Notes: a model not told the origin generated them from the letters alone. Shown: positions 40,880-54,478, numbered from the stretch's first letter. The stretch is DNA of 64,000 nucleotides from Eledone cirrhosa (GCA_964016885.1 OZ024745.1:95790001-95854000), one strand, 5' to 3'. Numbers and translations: made by a program.

Positions 40880-41574
40880 ACATAATTCAACCACAATTTA
40901 CATTTTGTAGAAAGAAAAACTGTTTTAGGGGGAGGTGTCAGAATATGAAGATGTTACAACTGAGGAAGGAATATTGTCTTATACAATTACAAGCTCTCAC
41001 TGAAAAAATAAAAATATAATATTGTAAAACATAACTAACATATGCTTATAAAGGGATATGTATAAACCAAAAAAAAAAAAAAATAAATAACTACTCCTGC
41101 TTCACACACATACATACACAGTGTGTGTATGTGCGTGTGTGAGTGCATTACACACAGTTACAGGTGAAAGTTTCATGTGTATACCATAGAAATGTGCCCT
41201 GAACATAATTGAAAGGTAAACATTAACATCTTCTCAGAGTAAATGTCATATAAATGTCAAACGACAGCATACTGTGTACACTGTATAACAATGTAGAAAA
41301 TGTGTGAAGAGAGAACGGAGATGATCTCATCTATAACACACGTACTGAACATTACATTCTAAATGAGAAAACACAACAAATGAAGGTATCAGTCTCCAAG
41401 CTACATACTGTGGTTTAAATGTACAAATTTGGTTGATGGTTCATATAGACCTTCACATTTGCTGTCTAACTACATCTCTCTCTCTCTCACTCTCTCACAC
41501 ACACTCTCTCTGTCACACACACATACATACACACTCTCTCCATGGTATTACAACACATAAGTAGCAGCAAGTGC

Positions 41575-42583
41575 CCACAGAATACTAAGCCCATTCCATT
41601 GCCCAGATGGTTATATAGAAATAGTGGACACCTTCCGTTACCTGGGTGTCAAAATCAGCAGTGGTGGAGGGTGCTCTGAAAGTACAGTAGCTAGAGTCAG
41701 AACGGAATGGAAACAGTTCAGAGAGCTTATACCACTATTGGCCACTAAAGGTTTCTCTCTAAAAATGAAAGGCAGGCTGTATGATGCCTGCATACCAACA
41801 GCAATGTTACATGGTAGTGAGACTTGGGCATTGTGTGCAGAGGATCTACACAGACTGGAGAGGAACGAAGCTTTCATGCTCCGTTGGATGTGTAATAGTA
41901 ATATACGTGAACGGCAAAGCATAAATGAACTAAGTGAGAAATTAGGAATAAGAGGGATCAAATGCTGTTTACTCGAGAGAAGATTATGTTGGTATGGTCA
42001 CGTGATGCGCATGAAAGACGACAGCTGTATAAAAAAGTGCAGGGCAATCAAAATAGACGGTAGCCACGGAGTAGACAGACTCAGAAAAACCTGGGACGAC
42101 TTGATAAATTCCGACCTCACACACTTTACACCTCTCCAGGACAATGTCACTGGACCGAGACCTTTGGCGCTACACAGTAATACAGAAGACCCGCCTTGCC
42201 TAAGTGCAAAGCGAAACCTACAGTCAGTAGACACCTCTTACCAAAATACACCCCCGTCCCACTATCCCTACCCCATCTACATCACCCCCTTTCGATGTAA
42301 AGTTATGTTGGTACCACAACATCCAGTCCTAAATAAATGAGGTCGTGTAGGTGTCACGACAAAAAAACACAGTCCACGCTGTAATGTGGCCGTGTAGGTA
42401 ACACGGTAAAAACCTCCCAGTCCACACTGTAAACGTGGTTGGTGTTAGGAAGGGCATCCAGCCATAGAAAACCCGCCAGACAGTCCTATACTAGCAAGAC
42501 AACCAATCTTACCTCAAATGGGAAAATTCCCGTCCAAACCCATGCTAGTGTAGAAGATAGACGTTAAACGATGATGATGATGA
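41575..42583 (+). pseudogene. RTE LINE (family A-related) 3' fragment
   Basis: ORF 41624-42340 FRYLG...HGSETW...WYGHVMR; 3'UTR with AGGAAGGGCATCCAGCC and (GAT)n tail. Confidence 0.9.
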
Positions 42584-42584
42584 T

Positions 42585-42720
42585 CTGAGTTCAAATCTTG
42601 CCGAGATTAGCTTTGCCTTTCATCCTTACGGGGTCGATAAAATAAAGCACCAGTAATGCACTGAGGTTGATTTAATTGACTCTATCTCCTACCTCCAAAG
42701 TGTCTAAATTAGAAATCAAT
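42585..42720 (+). mobile_element. Meta-like SINE, 5'-truncated, abutting the RTE tail
   Basis: Family homology from the B box onward. Confidence 0.75.
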
Positions 42721-42949
42721 ATATTGTGATCAGTTCTAAATAGATAATTAACTGTAAATAAACTAACTCTTAACACCCTGTAATGATTTAGCAGAAAATT
42801 TCTAACAACAGTTTTTTTTATTCATATTTTTGTAGTATTTTTACCAGGACAGATTGTTGTGACAATTTTCAGTAATCTGAAGTAAAGATTTTTAATCTAA
42901 ATGCAGTGTATTTTACAAGAATATATTGCTAGTGTGTTAAGAGTTTGTT

Positions 42950-43174
42950 GTGATCGATCAACAAGATCCCAGACCTCATTCGCTTGCTGAGTGGGGTGGA
43001 CCTTGTCAAATCAGATCAAGGAAACAATGTTTCCATTGGTCTTTCCCTTGCTGATACTGTCTACCAGACTCAACGTAAAATAAAGTGTCTTACTCAAGGA
43101 TACAACGTAATGACTCGACCTGAGAATTGAACTCGCAACCTCACGATTGTGAATCAAACTCTCTAACCACTAAG
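42950..43174 (-). mobile_element. tRNA/CORE-like SINE with a third type of 3' part
   Basis: Head homologous to 13590 SINE; 3' part homologous to 23988-24140. Confidence 0.75.
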
Positions 43175-43644
43175 ATAAATAACTAATATTTATAACAATC
43201 ATTTATTTTATAGCCAAGTATTTTGTGAAAAATAGCATCATTGATTATGTGTTGATACTTTAATTATGATGTCAAGAGTGACAAGTAATTATTGGTGAGA
43301 ATTGAGAGAAATAAATGTAAGATATTTTCATTTCATTCATACAAATGTACTGATTTTATCAGTTTGTGTCTATCAAATTTTACTCTCAAGATATGGGTCA
43401 ACATGTGGCTATCGTAGAAGACACTAAATGCTGCTCAGTGGGATTGAATCTGTAACTCTGTGGTTAGAATATATTAAATATAGGTTTCTAAATCACACAC
43501 CAATTTAGGCTTGAGGTCGGTGCCTAACATCTGAAATATTTACATGTACTCACAGTAGGAGAGCAACTATAGAAAAGCAATAAATATTAATGACAAAATG
43601 GGATCTATCTATCTGTGTTTCTCTTCATTTATTACATTGTACTA

Positions 43645-44060
43645 GGGCAGTTGATTGGCAGTATTGGTAGAGAGGTGGACACTATGCTTTACAGCATAGA
43701 GTTACGCCCCTTTACGGTCTGAGTTCAAATCCCACCGAGGTCAACTTTACCTCATCCTTACAGGGTCGATAAAATAAAGTACCAGTAATACACTGGGGTA
43801 ATTGCTGGCCTTGTGCCAAAAGTAGAAACAATTATTACATTGTACTAGGGTGGTTGATTGGCTCTATTGTTAGTGTCAGAAAATATGATTCGGGATATAG
43901 AGCTACGACCCTTTGCGTTCTGATTTCAAATCTCGCTGAGGTTAGCTTTGCCTTTCATCCTCACAGGATTGATCAAATATGTTACCAGTAATGCATTGGG
44001 GTTGATTTAATCAACTTCCCACTCACCCCAAATTGTTGACCTTGGGCCTAAATCAGAAAT
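43645..44060 (+). mobile_element. Two tandem Meta-like SINEs
   Basis: 43645-43837 flanked by ATTACATTGTACTA duplication; older copy from about 43848. Confidence 0.8.
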
Positions 44061-45386
44061 CTTTATTAATTACACTGGACTGTAAAACATAAATATAGTA
44101 TAAAATCTAAAATCTAAGATGATAGTATTCCTCTACATAGCTGTATCTTAGCCAGATATTTGAATCAGGTTGCCACTTCAATTCTTCCAATGATGACGTC
44201 GAAAGGTCAATCAAAAGAGAAAAACAAATCTATGCCTGAGGAGGAGATCTTGCTAACTGTTTGTCTCACAGCTACTAATGGTAAAATCAGTGTAGAAACC
44301 ATTCTGCAAGTGGGTTGTCACTTTGACGATTTGAAGTACAGTGAAGGTTAGGATGTAAATGATGACGTCAGTATATGTGGCTTTTGATGGTAGAGTGCTA
44401 TTGACATTTAAGTGCTCAACAATTGCTAGACTCTCCGCAAATGTCCCAATATATTTTAATATATTTTTATGAAGAGACAGGTAAGAGTGATTGCCTTGTG
44501 GTATTTACAAGAAATAATGACAACATTTGTAAAAAAAAAAACACACACCACAATTTCACAGCCATATGTTTATAAATATATTTCAGGGACTTTCAACAAC
44601 AAGAGAAAGGAATATAAAGGAATATACTTATAGAAAAATAACAAAAAATAAAATACTATCAAGTGAAACAGATCCTATGATTCTACTTAGAAATGCCTGA
44701 ATTTTAATTATAAACCACTCATCTGATTGACATAATATTCACCAGCAGCAGCATTTTACGTCTACTTTCTGTGCATAGTTTCTATGGTTGGATGCTTTTC
44801 CTAATGCTAACCACCTTACAGGATGTACAGGGTGTGTTTTTTTTCATGGTATTAATGCTAACCGATTACAGGGTGTATTGGGTGCATTTTATCATGGCAC
44901 CAGCATTAGAGAGGTTATCATATATCTAAGATTGTTGTGCTCTCTATCACTATATTGTCCAGTATTAGAGAGGTTGTCACATACATATCCTGACTGAAGT
45001 GTCCTCTCTATCACTATATTGTCCAGTATTAGAGAGGTTGTCATATTCTCATCCTGACTGAAGTGTCCTCTCTATCACTATATTATCTCCACTTGATCCT
45101 TAACACTGTAGCCCCTAGTCACTCACAGCATTACTTTTTATGTCACAATGCTTGTTCAGGAAAGTGGGCTTTTGTATTATGGTTTATCACCAGTCAGTTT
45201 GGTCCTGCGTTATCTTCTTCATGAGGTTCAGTTATTTTTTAGATCATTCTTCATAATATAAAAATATATACATACATTCATTTTATAAATACACATGCAT
45301 TAAATTATATATACACAAGCTGTATAAATGTGGTCGTTTAACCTGCTTTTAATAGCAGCTAGATGTCAAGCACCTTAGACCATTAA

Positions 45387-45863
45387 CCCTTCCATGACTG
45401 CATATCTAATGAAATACACACTATTGTAATTAATAAATGAAGAATTTTGAAGGATTTACTAAAATTATTATATATTTCATTACTAAGATAGTAAACTTAA
45501 TGTAAGGTTCTGACATAAAATTATATTGGAAGATTTTAATTTAAATTGGAAACCTTTAAAATGGGTGGTCCTAACATAGGTCCAGAACTAGTTTTGGCCA
45601 GGTTAGTAAGATAATTACTTAATGTAAGGTTCTTATATAGAATTATATTGGAAGATTTTAATTTAATGGAAACCTTTAAAATGGGTGGATGTATTTCATA
45701 GAACCAGAGCTGGTTTTCGCCAGGGTGGTAAGATAGTAACCTAATGTAAAGTTCTTAAATAGAATTATGTTGGAAGATTTTTATTTAAATTGGAAACCTT
45801 TAAAATGGGTGGATGTATTTCATAGAAACAGAGCTGGTTTTAGCCAGGTTGGAAACTAAAGGG
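45387..45863 (+). mobile_element. piggyBac-type MITE (second family) with internal 3x ~122-bp tandem repeat
   Basis: TTAA-CCCTT ... AAGGG-TTAA; units start at 45484, 45607 and 45728; homologue at 63913-64000. Confidence 0.75.
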
Positions 45864-46379
45864 TTAAGGACACAATGGATAATGCTGTACTATATACACA
45901 ATACCTGATAAAAAGGTGGGATGCTCATGGCTGAGATGTGACTAAACAACATTATATATGTACGTCTGTACATCACCTAATATAACCCATGCAAGCATGG
46001 ACAAAAATAGACGTTAAACGATGTTGATAGTATATAAATATACAATACATACAGGTATGGCAAAAATATATGCCAAAGAATGAGGAAGCCTTTATGTAAT
46101 CACTGACCTGCTAAAAATTGTGACCAAATATTCTTCAAATTACACCCTACAACCTTGAAAAAAGAGAAGGACAAATTTGATAATGTATTCCTAGATTCAC
46201 CCTAAAAAGTCAGGAAGGTCCTAACTGGAATATTTTCAATCATTGGTTATGTTCGATTAAGGCTGACCTAATAGTATCAATATGTATAAACAATACATAT
46301 ATATATTAGAAAGGAGAGAGAGGGAGGGAGAGAAAGAGGGAGAGAAATATTCAAAGTTAAAGAGAGAGATTATATGACA

Positions 46380-47090
46380 AAATAAATCTGTCGGAGCAGC
46401 TCACGAAGAAACAGATTTTATTTACAGAACAATTATTTCATTTTAACTAAAGACGATTACTTAATGTGGTAGGTAGAAGAATGGTAAAAGGAATATTGCG
46501 AAGTTCTATCAACCTAGAATTGGAACTAAAAACTAAGCTATGAACTTGTATCACCAAGAACTTATTTCTCGTTCTACGAAAAATATTCATATTAATTTAT
46601 TATTTGAAAACTAACCAAATAAAAACAACAACAAAAAAAATTAAAGAAAATTGCTTTGCACCATTGGTAGACTATCTTTCAGATATATTTATAGATTGTA
46701 TGTATATATATAGTTTTCAATATGTACATGCGTTCGTGTATATATTGATTTTATACACTGATGCATTGCCTCACATTCAAAAAGAAAAAATATGTAAATA
46801 CGATTTTGTTACGTTTTTGTAATTCTCAATGACATTAAAATCAAATTATTTGAAAACGGGGATTGGAAGAGACTTGGGGTGTCTTGCTTAGAATCTATTT
46901 TAACCATACGACGAATGAGAAGTGTTTAAGGTGATGTTTTTTTTCATACGCATCATCCGAGATGTTATGGCCATGAAATAGGTGTGCTGTTGACGAGCCA
47001 CAACCGGACTTCATTCTCATTTCATTTTATTTAGACTGATGATACTACTTCAAAAAGCATCAATACCCTCGTAGAAGTTTCGCGTGTGTA
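46380..47090. promoter_or_regulatory. CpG-retaining unique region, possible promoter/first exon of a minus-strand gene
   Basis: Visibly more CpG than the unique DNA to its left; inference from invertebrate gene-body methylation patterns. Confidence 0.3.
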
Positions 47091-47197
47091 TATATATATA
47101 TATAAATATATATATGTGTGTGTATTGGGGTGCGTGCTTGTTTGTGTGAATCCTAAGTTAAATCGAGGTAACCACTATATTAAATTATTAAACGTAC

Positions 47198-47258
<61 letters not shown>

Positions 47259-48092
47259 AATATATATATATATATATATACGTACGTGAGTGTGTGTGCA
47301 TGCGTAGTCTTAATATAACGTACATGCGTAATATATATACACATAACATATATATTATACACACATATACGTATATATATATATATATATATGACACACA
47401 TCATCACAAACAGATGAAGCAGAGAAACATTCAACGACTTCCAACAGAGATTCCACCACACTCACTGCAAGCTTGTCAGTCAGTAATAATAATACCGGTG
47501 GTGGTGGCGTGGTTGTCAGTTTTATTGTTCCACGGTAATGATAGTGCTTGTGATAATGTCATTATAAAACAACTGTTCCTATCAACAGCAGTGGAGGTAT
47601 ATCAACAACTGTATCAACAAATGAAAGCAACTATCACCTTAGGATGCGGCAGAATGAACTTTCACCTAAACATTCTCAATTCGCTATTTCTTCTCGTCAT
47701 TGACACTTGCTTGTGTACTCTTGTCAGCTTATATATATATATATATATTCTGAAAGAATTTTTAGAGAAACTCATTGATACTTCCGATCATATTAAATGT
47801 CTTACATACATAGATAACATAAATACATACGCCTCTCTAGTTTTTACTTTTAATTTCCTGCGATTTCCTTATAGCCTTTAGCTTCCTGGTTCCATGGAAG
47901 TCAACAAAGCTGAACGACAAAAGGCTGTACTGTATGTGTGGGCGTAAGGTGCAAGTAGGACTAATAGAGAATTATTGGTAGTACTACCTAGAGACTTGCT
48001 GGCAATAATAGCAGTACAAGTAAGAAATATATAACCGATTCATTCAATTGCATCCAAAATTGGTGTGCATGTGTACACAATCAGATTTGAAC

Positions 48093-48245
<153 letters not shown>

Positions 48246-48257
48246 CTGAATTGTGAG

Positions 48258-48307
48258 TCTTGTTACTCTGGAGTTTCGCCTGATTATCACAGGGCCATCA
48301 GACAAGA
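48258..48307 (-). ncRNA. Degenerate type-I hammerhead motif (PLE-type)
   Basis: UCUUGU-CUGAUG(G)-CCCUG-UGAUAAU-CAGGC-GAAACUC-CA-GAGUA-ACAAGA; core A9 substituted. Confidence 0.6.
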
Positions 48308-48315
48308 ACAGGACT

Positions 48316-48588
48316 CATCCTTACGGGGTCGATAAAATAAAGTACCAGTAATGCACTGGTTTATTTGCTGGCCTTGTGCCTAAAGTAGAAACAATTATTT
48401 AGTGAATTGGCAGTATCGGTAGAGGGTCGGACGCCATGCTTTCCAGCATAGTTACGTCCCTTTAGGGTCTGAGTTCAAATCCCGTCGAGGTTAACTTTTC
48501 CTTTCATCCTTACGGGGTCGATAAAATAAAGTACCAGTAATGTACTGGTTATTTGCTGGCCTTGTTCCAAAGGTAGAAACAATTATTT
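48316..48588 (+). mobile_element. Two tandem Meta-like SINEs inside a PLE-like element
   Basis: Family homology; PLE-like tail (AATAAA...TATTGAGTACTC) resumes at 48590-48665. Confidence 0.8.
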
Positions 48589-48660
48589 AGCCTTAATAAA
48601 ATGAATATTAAAACTCTACTTCGGTATTGAGTACTCTCTTCTCTCAGCCGTCAACCACAT

Positions 48661-48666
<6 letters not shown>

Positions 48667-48733
<67 letters not shown>

Positions 48734-49581
48734 TATAAAGTACATACATATATATATATATACACACTAATATATAAAGTACATATATGTGTTTATATAT
48801 ATATATATACACATATATATAAAGTACATATATGTGTTTATATATATAAAGTACATATATATACACACACTAATATATAAAGTACATATATATATGTGTT
48901 TGTGTGTGAATGTATATAAACACATATATGTATGTATAAATATAATTATATACACATATGTATGTATTAAATATATATATATACACACACATATATGTAT
49001 GTATAAATATATATCCACACATATGTATGTATAAATATATATATATATACACACATATGTATGTATAAATATATATATATATACACACATATGTATAAAT
49101 ATATATATATACACACATGTATGTATAAATATATATATATATACACATGTATGTATAAATATATATATATATACACACACGTATGTATGTATAAATATAT
49201 ATACACACATATATACATGTATATATATATATACATATATATATACACACATGTATGTATAAATATATATATTTATACACACTTATGTATAAATATATAT
49301 ACACACATATATACATGTATATAATATATACATGTATATATATATACATATATATACATACATATATACATGTATATATATATACATATATATACATACA
49401 TATATACATGTATATATATATATACATATATATACATACATATATACATGTATATATATATATACATATATATACATACATATATACATGTATATATATA
49501 TATACATATATACACATACATATATACATGTATATATATATATACATATATACATATATACATACATATATATATACATAT

Positions 49582-49620
<39 letters not shown>

Positions 49621-49650
49621 TATATATATACATACACATACATACGTACG
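48667..49650. repeat. ~1-kb compound TA/CA microsatellite with higher-order units
   Basis: Recurring ~30-40-bp units such as TACATGTATATATATATATACATATATATACATACATA. Confidence 0.95.
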
Positions 49651-49986
49651 TATAGGTACACACGCACATAGATTTGCCATATGTGCGAACGCGCGCTAGC
49701 ATTAAAATTACACATACTGCCTATGTTAATATCTAGAAAGGGATAATGAATGAATTAATGAATGAACAATAATTATCAAGAGCGCAGTGTAAAACGGAAT
49801 AATACACTAAGAAATACTCGTCGCTATTCGAAGCTATTGATTGTGTGAATTCATCTATATGATTACTCACTGATTATCAGGTACGGAAAAAGCAATTACT
49901 GACAAAGGAAACAAATCCTGCATGATTTTTGTTGCCCATTAACAAAATACATACAACCTTTCAAATACTAAAGGCTTTATACACAT

Positions 49987-50017
<31 letters not shown>

Positions 50018-50019
50018 AG

Positions 50020-50221
50020 TACGTTATTCCGGGTTGAATCGGAGGTAACCACAGTAAGTAAGGTACTCAATACATTGCAGAGTATAAAAGTTTTAATATA
50101 GATGAGATTCTACAGGACTAAAACTGTTTCATTCTTTAGAAATCATCAGGAATCTCCTGATGATTCGTGATGATTTCTAAAGAATGAAACAGTTCTAGTC
50201 CTGTAGAATCTCATCTATATT
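50020..50221 (-). mobile_element. Fold-back PLE-like element, family P2
   Basis: Inverted arms about 50095-50150 / 50168-50221; minus-strand tail TATTGAGTACCTTAC...GTGGTTACC; in (TA)n. Confidence 0.75.
50104..50156 (-). ncRNA. Type-I hammerhead ribozyme motif
   Basis: GAGAUUC-CUGAUGA-UUUC-UAAA-GAAU-GAAACAG-UUUUAGUC-CUGUA-GAAUCUC: 7-bp stem I, 4-bp stem III, GUA triplet. Confidence 0.75.
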
Positions 50222-50294
50222 ATATATATATATATCTTTTACCTGTTCCAGCCATATCCGGCTGAGGCTATATATATATATGGGGGGGGGGGGG

Positions 50295-50463
50295 GTGAAT
50301 CCTGGGTTCAATCGGTGGTAACCACAATAAATAAGGTACTCAATACATAGTAGAGTATATACAAGATTTAATATAAAAATGGCTTCTACAGGACTAGAAC
50401 TGTTTCGATTTCCTTCGAATGAAACAGTTCTAGTCCTATAGAAGCCATTTCTATATTAAATCT

Positions 50464-50468
<5 letters not shown>
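50295..50468 (-). mobile_element. Fold-back PLE-like element, family P2 (second copy)
   Basis: Palindrome centred in hammerhead stem II (CUGAUGA lost); same tail as the 50020 copy. Confidence 0.75.
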
Positions 50469-50514
<46 letters not shown>

Positions 50515-50770
50515 TGTGTGGAGGGCAGTGCCCCAGCTTGGGCTGAAACAGATAAAGGCATATATAGATAGATAGATAGATAGATATAAAATGTGTGTAA
50601 AAAAAATGTATGTATAGATGTCAATAAATATATATTTAGATATATATATATAAATAAATAAATAAATACAGATATATATATTATATAAATATATATGTGC
50701 GTGTACCCACACACAGATAAAGAGGTAGATATATAATATATATCCTGTGTGCCCCTATTTTGAATCTATC

Positions 50771-50804
<34 letters not shown>

Positions 50805-50806
50805 TT

Positions 50807-51010
50807 AACAGAAGAAATGTGGTAAGGAACCAGGTAGACCATAACGCACCAAAGTACTCAATACTTAGGGTAGTAGAGTGGGTAATAGGAACGAGTAGGA
50901 TCCCGACGGCTGAGCTCAAGCCGTTTCGATGGTTAATTCTGGACTGAATGCGTCCAGAATTAGCCGTCGAAACGGCTTGAGCTCAGCCGTCGGGGTCCTA
51001 CTTGTTCCTA
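50807..51010 (-). mobile_element. Fold-back PLE-like element, family P1 (copy 5)
   Basis: Palindrome containing GAAACGGC-TTGAGCTCA-GCCGTC-GGGGTC; in (TA)n. Confidence 0.75.
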
Positions 51011-51030
51011 TATATATATATATATATATA

Positions 51031-51226
51031 GTGTAGGCAACACGGTAAAAACCTCCCAGCCCCACACTGTAAATGTGGTTGGTGTTAGGAAGGGCATCCA
51101 GCTGTAGAAAACCCGCCAGACAGTCCTATGCGAGCAAGACAATCACTCTTGCCTCAAGTGGGAAAACTCCCGTCCAAACCCATGCAAGCGTGGAACACGG
51201 ACGTTAAATGATGATGATGATGATGA
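51031..51226 (+). mobile_element. RTE 3' tail fragment
   Basis: Matches 42393-42583. Confidence 0.85.
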
Positions 51227-51344
51227 TATATATACCGCCTAACCCATGGTAGCGTGGAAAATGGACGTTAAATGAAGATGATGATGATATATATATATAT
51301 ATATATAATTGTTTCTACTTTTATATATATATATATATATATAT

Positions 51345-51720
51345 GTAGGAGGTGAGTTTTATTGTAGTACAATAAAGCAATGCAGATATCGGATAAGAAG
51401 CACTCTACAGTTTGTAGGACTGGAGTATACATAATATATAAGATCAAAAGATGGTTAAAGGAGTTCCATGTATTTTATTATGCGCATTTCAAAAACAAAC
51501 ATCATCATGCAATAATATTTGTGTTTTCATCAGATAAAACAGGAGGACATGATATGTTGATTTAAAACTGCACTATCCACAAGTGTTTTTTAGCCTTCAT
51601 ATCATGTCCTCCTGTTTTATCTGATGAAAACACAAATATTATTGCATGATGATGTTTGTTTTTGAAATGCGCATAATAAAATACATGGAACTCCTTTAAC
51701 CATCTTTTGATCTTATATAT
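51345..51720 (-). mobile_element. Fold-back PLE-like element with 123-bp perfect arms and a hammerhead on both strands
   Basis: Arms 51434-51556 / 51598-51720, 41-nt spacer; unique tail to the left; in (TA)n. Confidence 0.85.
51614..51682 (+). ncRNA. Type-I minimal hammerhead ribozyme motif
   Basis: GUUUUAU-CUGAUGA-stem II-GAAA-UGCGCA-UA-AUAAAAU; palindromic stem III; predicted cleavage after 51675; mirror copy on minus strand at about 51472-51540. Confidence 0.8.
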
Positions 51721-51849
51721 ATATATATATAATGATGGATTAAGTCACTGGCAATGAATCTTGCTGTTTGGGCTACCTATGCTTGGGATGGCTAATGAGT
51801 TTTGTGTGTGACCCAATCCACAGCACATCTGTTACAGTCATGACAGAAT

Positions 51850-52560
51850 AACAGATATGCTGATGATGTGTAAGAGGAGGTGGTCTGAATTATTGTGGTT
51901 GGATTGGCAATCATATGTGATCCCTCTTGACATGAGCTCTGCATCTGTTACCTACCTTCTGCCATCATGCAGACATCTTTTTACCACTTACACTGCCCAT
52001 ATCATGAAAAACTACCCTTTGTCAAGCTGGCAGAATAAGAGAGCTTTGGGTCTATACTTGTTGACCATATCCAATACATGTCCAGTCCAGTGACATGCGG
52101 ACTCAGCTCACATGACACTGGACACGATGCAAATGATGTGCCATTGTTACAGGATAATGTTGTTGTGGATCTTGTCCTTCCAGGTGATGCTGTAGATTTT
52201 CCTGGGGCAGCACATGTGGAAATATTCCATCCTTCATAGGTGGGAGTGGTCCATACCTCACAGCAATAAAGGAAGGGAGACAGAACTATTTTACAATATG
52301 ATAGAGTGGAATCTTAGTGCTAAGCTGAACACCCAACAGATTCTGACCACAAGAGCTACTGCAGGTGTACAAACGACCCACTAGCCTTTGCTGATGTGTG
52401 CTGTCACCACACCAATAATCTTGGTATCCTGTGAGATTGAGATTACACCACTAAGGTAGCAGAACTTGTCTTGCACGGTTCGTTATTTGTAGTGATAACA
52501 GTACAGCTTGAGATGAGCTAGGGATATGTTGGTAGAGTACTTCTGTTTGCTTTATACAGA
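51850..52560 (-). pseudogene. Old degenerate RTE (BovB-like) C-terminal fragment
   Basis: Minus-strand remnants DKFCYLSG, LYCCEVWT, FHMCCPRKIYSITWKDKI, HWTGHV; many disruptions. Confidence 0.65.
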
Positions 52561-52638
52561 TGATCAATCCACACTAGACAGTGACTCTGGTAAGTCATAT
52601 ATATGTATTTGTGTGTGTGTGTGTGTGTATATATATAT

Positions 52639-52972
52639 GGAGGCACATGGCTTAGTGGTTAGAGCATTGGCCTTGCAATCAAAAGGTTGTGAGTTCAATT
52701 CTCAGACCGGGTGATGTGTTGTTTCCTTGAGCAAGACACTTTATTTCACATTGCTCCAGTTTACTCAGTTGTAGAAATGAGATGATAGGGACTGGGGTCC
52801 ATATCATTCCACTGTAAAGTGGTCGTGGAGGTGCCATGGCAAAAAAGCACCCAGCACTCACTGTAAATGAGGTTGGTGTTAGGAAGGGCATCCAGCTGTA
52901 GAAATCAAGCCAGAATCAGTTCCCGTCCCACCCTTGCAAGCAGGGAAAAGTGGACATATGAAATGAAATGAT
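52639..52972 (+). mobile_element. tRNA/CORE-like SINE (same family as 13590)
   Basis: Near-identical to 13590-13935. Confidence 0.9.
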
Positions 52973-52980
52973 ATATATAT

Positions 52981-53190
52981 GTGTAGGTAAAAGGTAAACA
53001 GAAATAACACAATCAGTACAGTATATGGAAGGGATATATTGAGTTAACGCTTGATATAGCAGGAAGAGCATTTTAACGTTTCGGATGCTTGTCCTTCATC
53101 AGAAGAAAGTAAGAGAAATAAGATAGATTGAGGGGACGGGCGGGATATAATTGGGAAAAATGTCTTTAGATAAAAATAATAGGTCCGTTC
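52981..53190 (-). mobile_element. Penelope-type pLTR fragment with hammerhead core at 53073-53102
   Basis: Minus strand CUGAUGA-AGGA-CAAGCA-UCC-GAAACGUUA (palindromic AACGUU); stem I weak. Confidence 0.65.
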
Positions 53191-53287
53191 ATGTTGACAT
53201 CTCTTGCAAAACTGTTGGTGCTGGCGTTATATATATACGCACACATATACCCACACAGATATATATATATATATATCTATATATATC

Positions 53288-53572
53288 AAAAATCCCCTCC
53301 AGTTACGAATGACCATGCGATTTGCACCAAGAAAGTTTCCCTCAGAGGCACAAGTCTGCCCATGCATACCAGTCTCCCCTCTCCACGCCACCGATGATGT
53401 CCAAGCTACAGCTTGGCACCAGTGACGTCACAACTGATTTCTACAGCTGAGTAAACTGGAGCAACATGAAATAAAGTGTCTTGCTCAAGGACACAATGCA
53501 TCACCTGGTCCGAGAATTGAACTCAACCTTTCGATTGGAAGCCCAATGCTCTAACCACTAAGCCATGCACCT
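53288..53572 (-). mobile_element. tRNA/CORE-like SINE with a second type of 3' part
   Basis: Head and core homologous to 13590-13730, then unrelated body (GGTGCCAAGCTGTAG...GGTGGCGTGGAGAGGGGAG...). Confidence 0.8.
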
Positions 53573-53669
53573 TTATATATATATATATATAATTTAATTT
53601 ACACACACATATACATATATATATATATTTACACACACACTCACTCACATATATATTATATATATATTA

Positions 53670-53710
<41 letters not shown>

Positions 53711-54222
53711 TACTTGCTTAAGCTGGCTCCTGCTCAGGTGAAAGTATCTTTGTTATTTTTTCTTTCAGTAGTTAACATAAACAGGGATCATATAATACTC
53801 CTCCTATAGATTGCAATTACTCCCTGTCTGAGACACACAGCCCTTGTATGTCTTGACAACAGCTGATGAAGCAACAGTGAGGCAAGGCTTTCAAAGCTTG
53901 TGATTATTATATATCCAACCCCAGTAATATAGGGATGAGATTTGGGGCTGTAAACGATCACACCTCTCGATGAGGCTTGGTTCTATACTTTGTCAAAAGA
54001 CAACCTGTGTTTGATCTGAAACATCTTCTTGGATAGCACTTATATCTGAAGGCTGTTCCCCTATCCACAACATAAGCGCTAGGTAGGTTCAACTACAGGC
54101 TGGGGCCTAAATAGGTACTATCATTCTGGGTCAAAGTGGACCTGAGATGAATGACACCACACTCCCTGTACATATATACCTAGATGAATGTATATAGATG
54201 AATTTTTATATATATATATATA

Positions 54223-54424
54223 TGCCAGTTGAAGGAAGACGTGGTAGAGGTAGACCACGAAAAACATGGGCGGAGGTGGTGAGAACAGACCTCAGATCGT
54301 TGAAGCTCACGGTGGAGATGACGAAGGACCGTAACAAGTAGAGAGATGCTGTGCTGAATAAGACCCATCCCACCCTTGCAACCAGAGAAGGGCGGACGTA
54401 AAATGATGATGATGATGATGATGA

Positions 54425-54428
<4 letters not shown>
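54223..54428 (+). mobile_element. RTE family B 3' end
   Basis: MPVEGRRGRGRPRKTWAEVVRTDL; matches 61884-62075 reverse complement; (GAT)n tail. Confidence 0.9.

Positions 54429-54470
<42 letters not shown>

Positions 54471-54478
<8 letters not shown>

Noticed and set aside
47294-47881. 195-aa ORF
   Set aside because: Begins in and crosses microsatellites; no recognisable domain.
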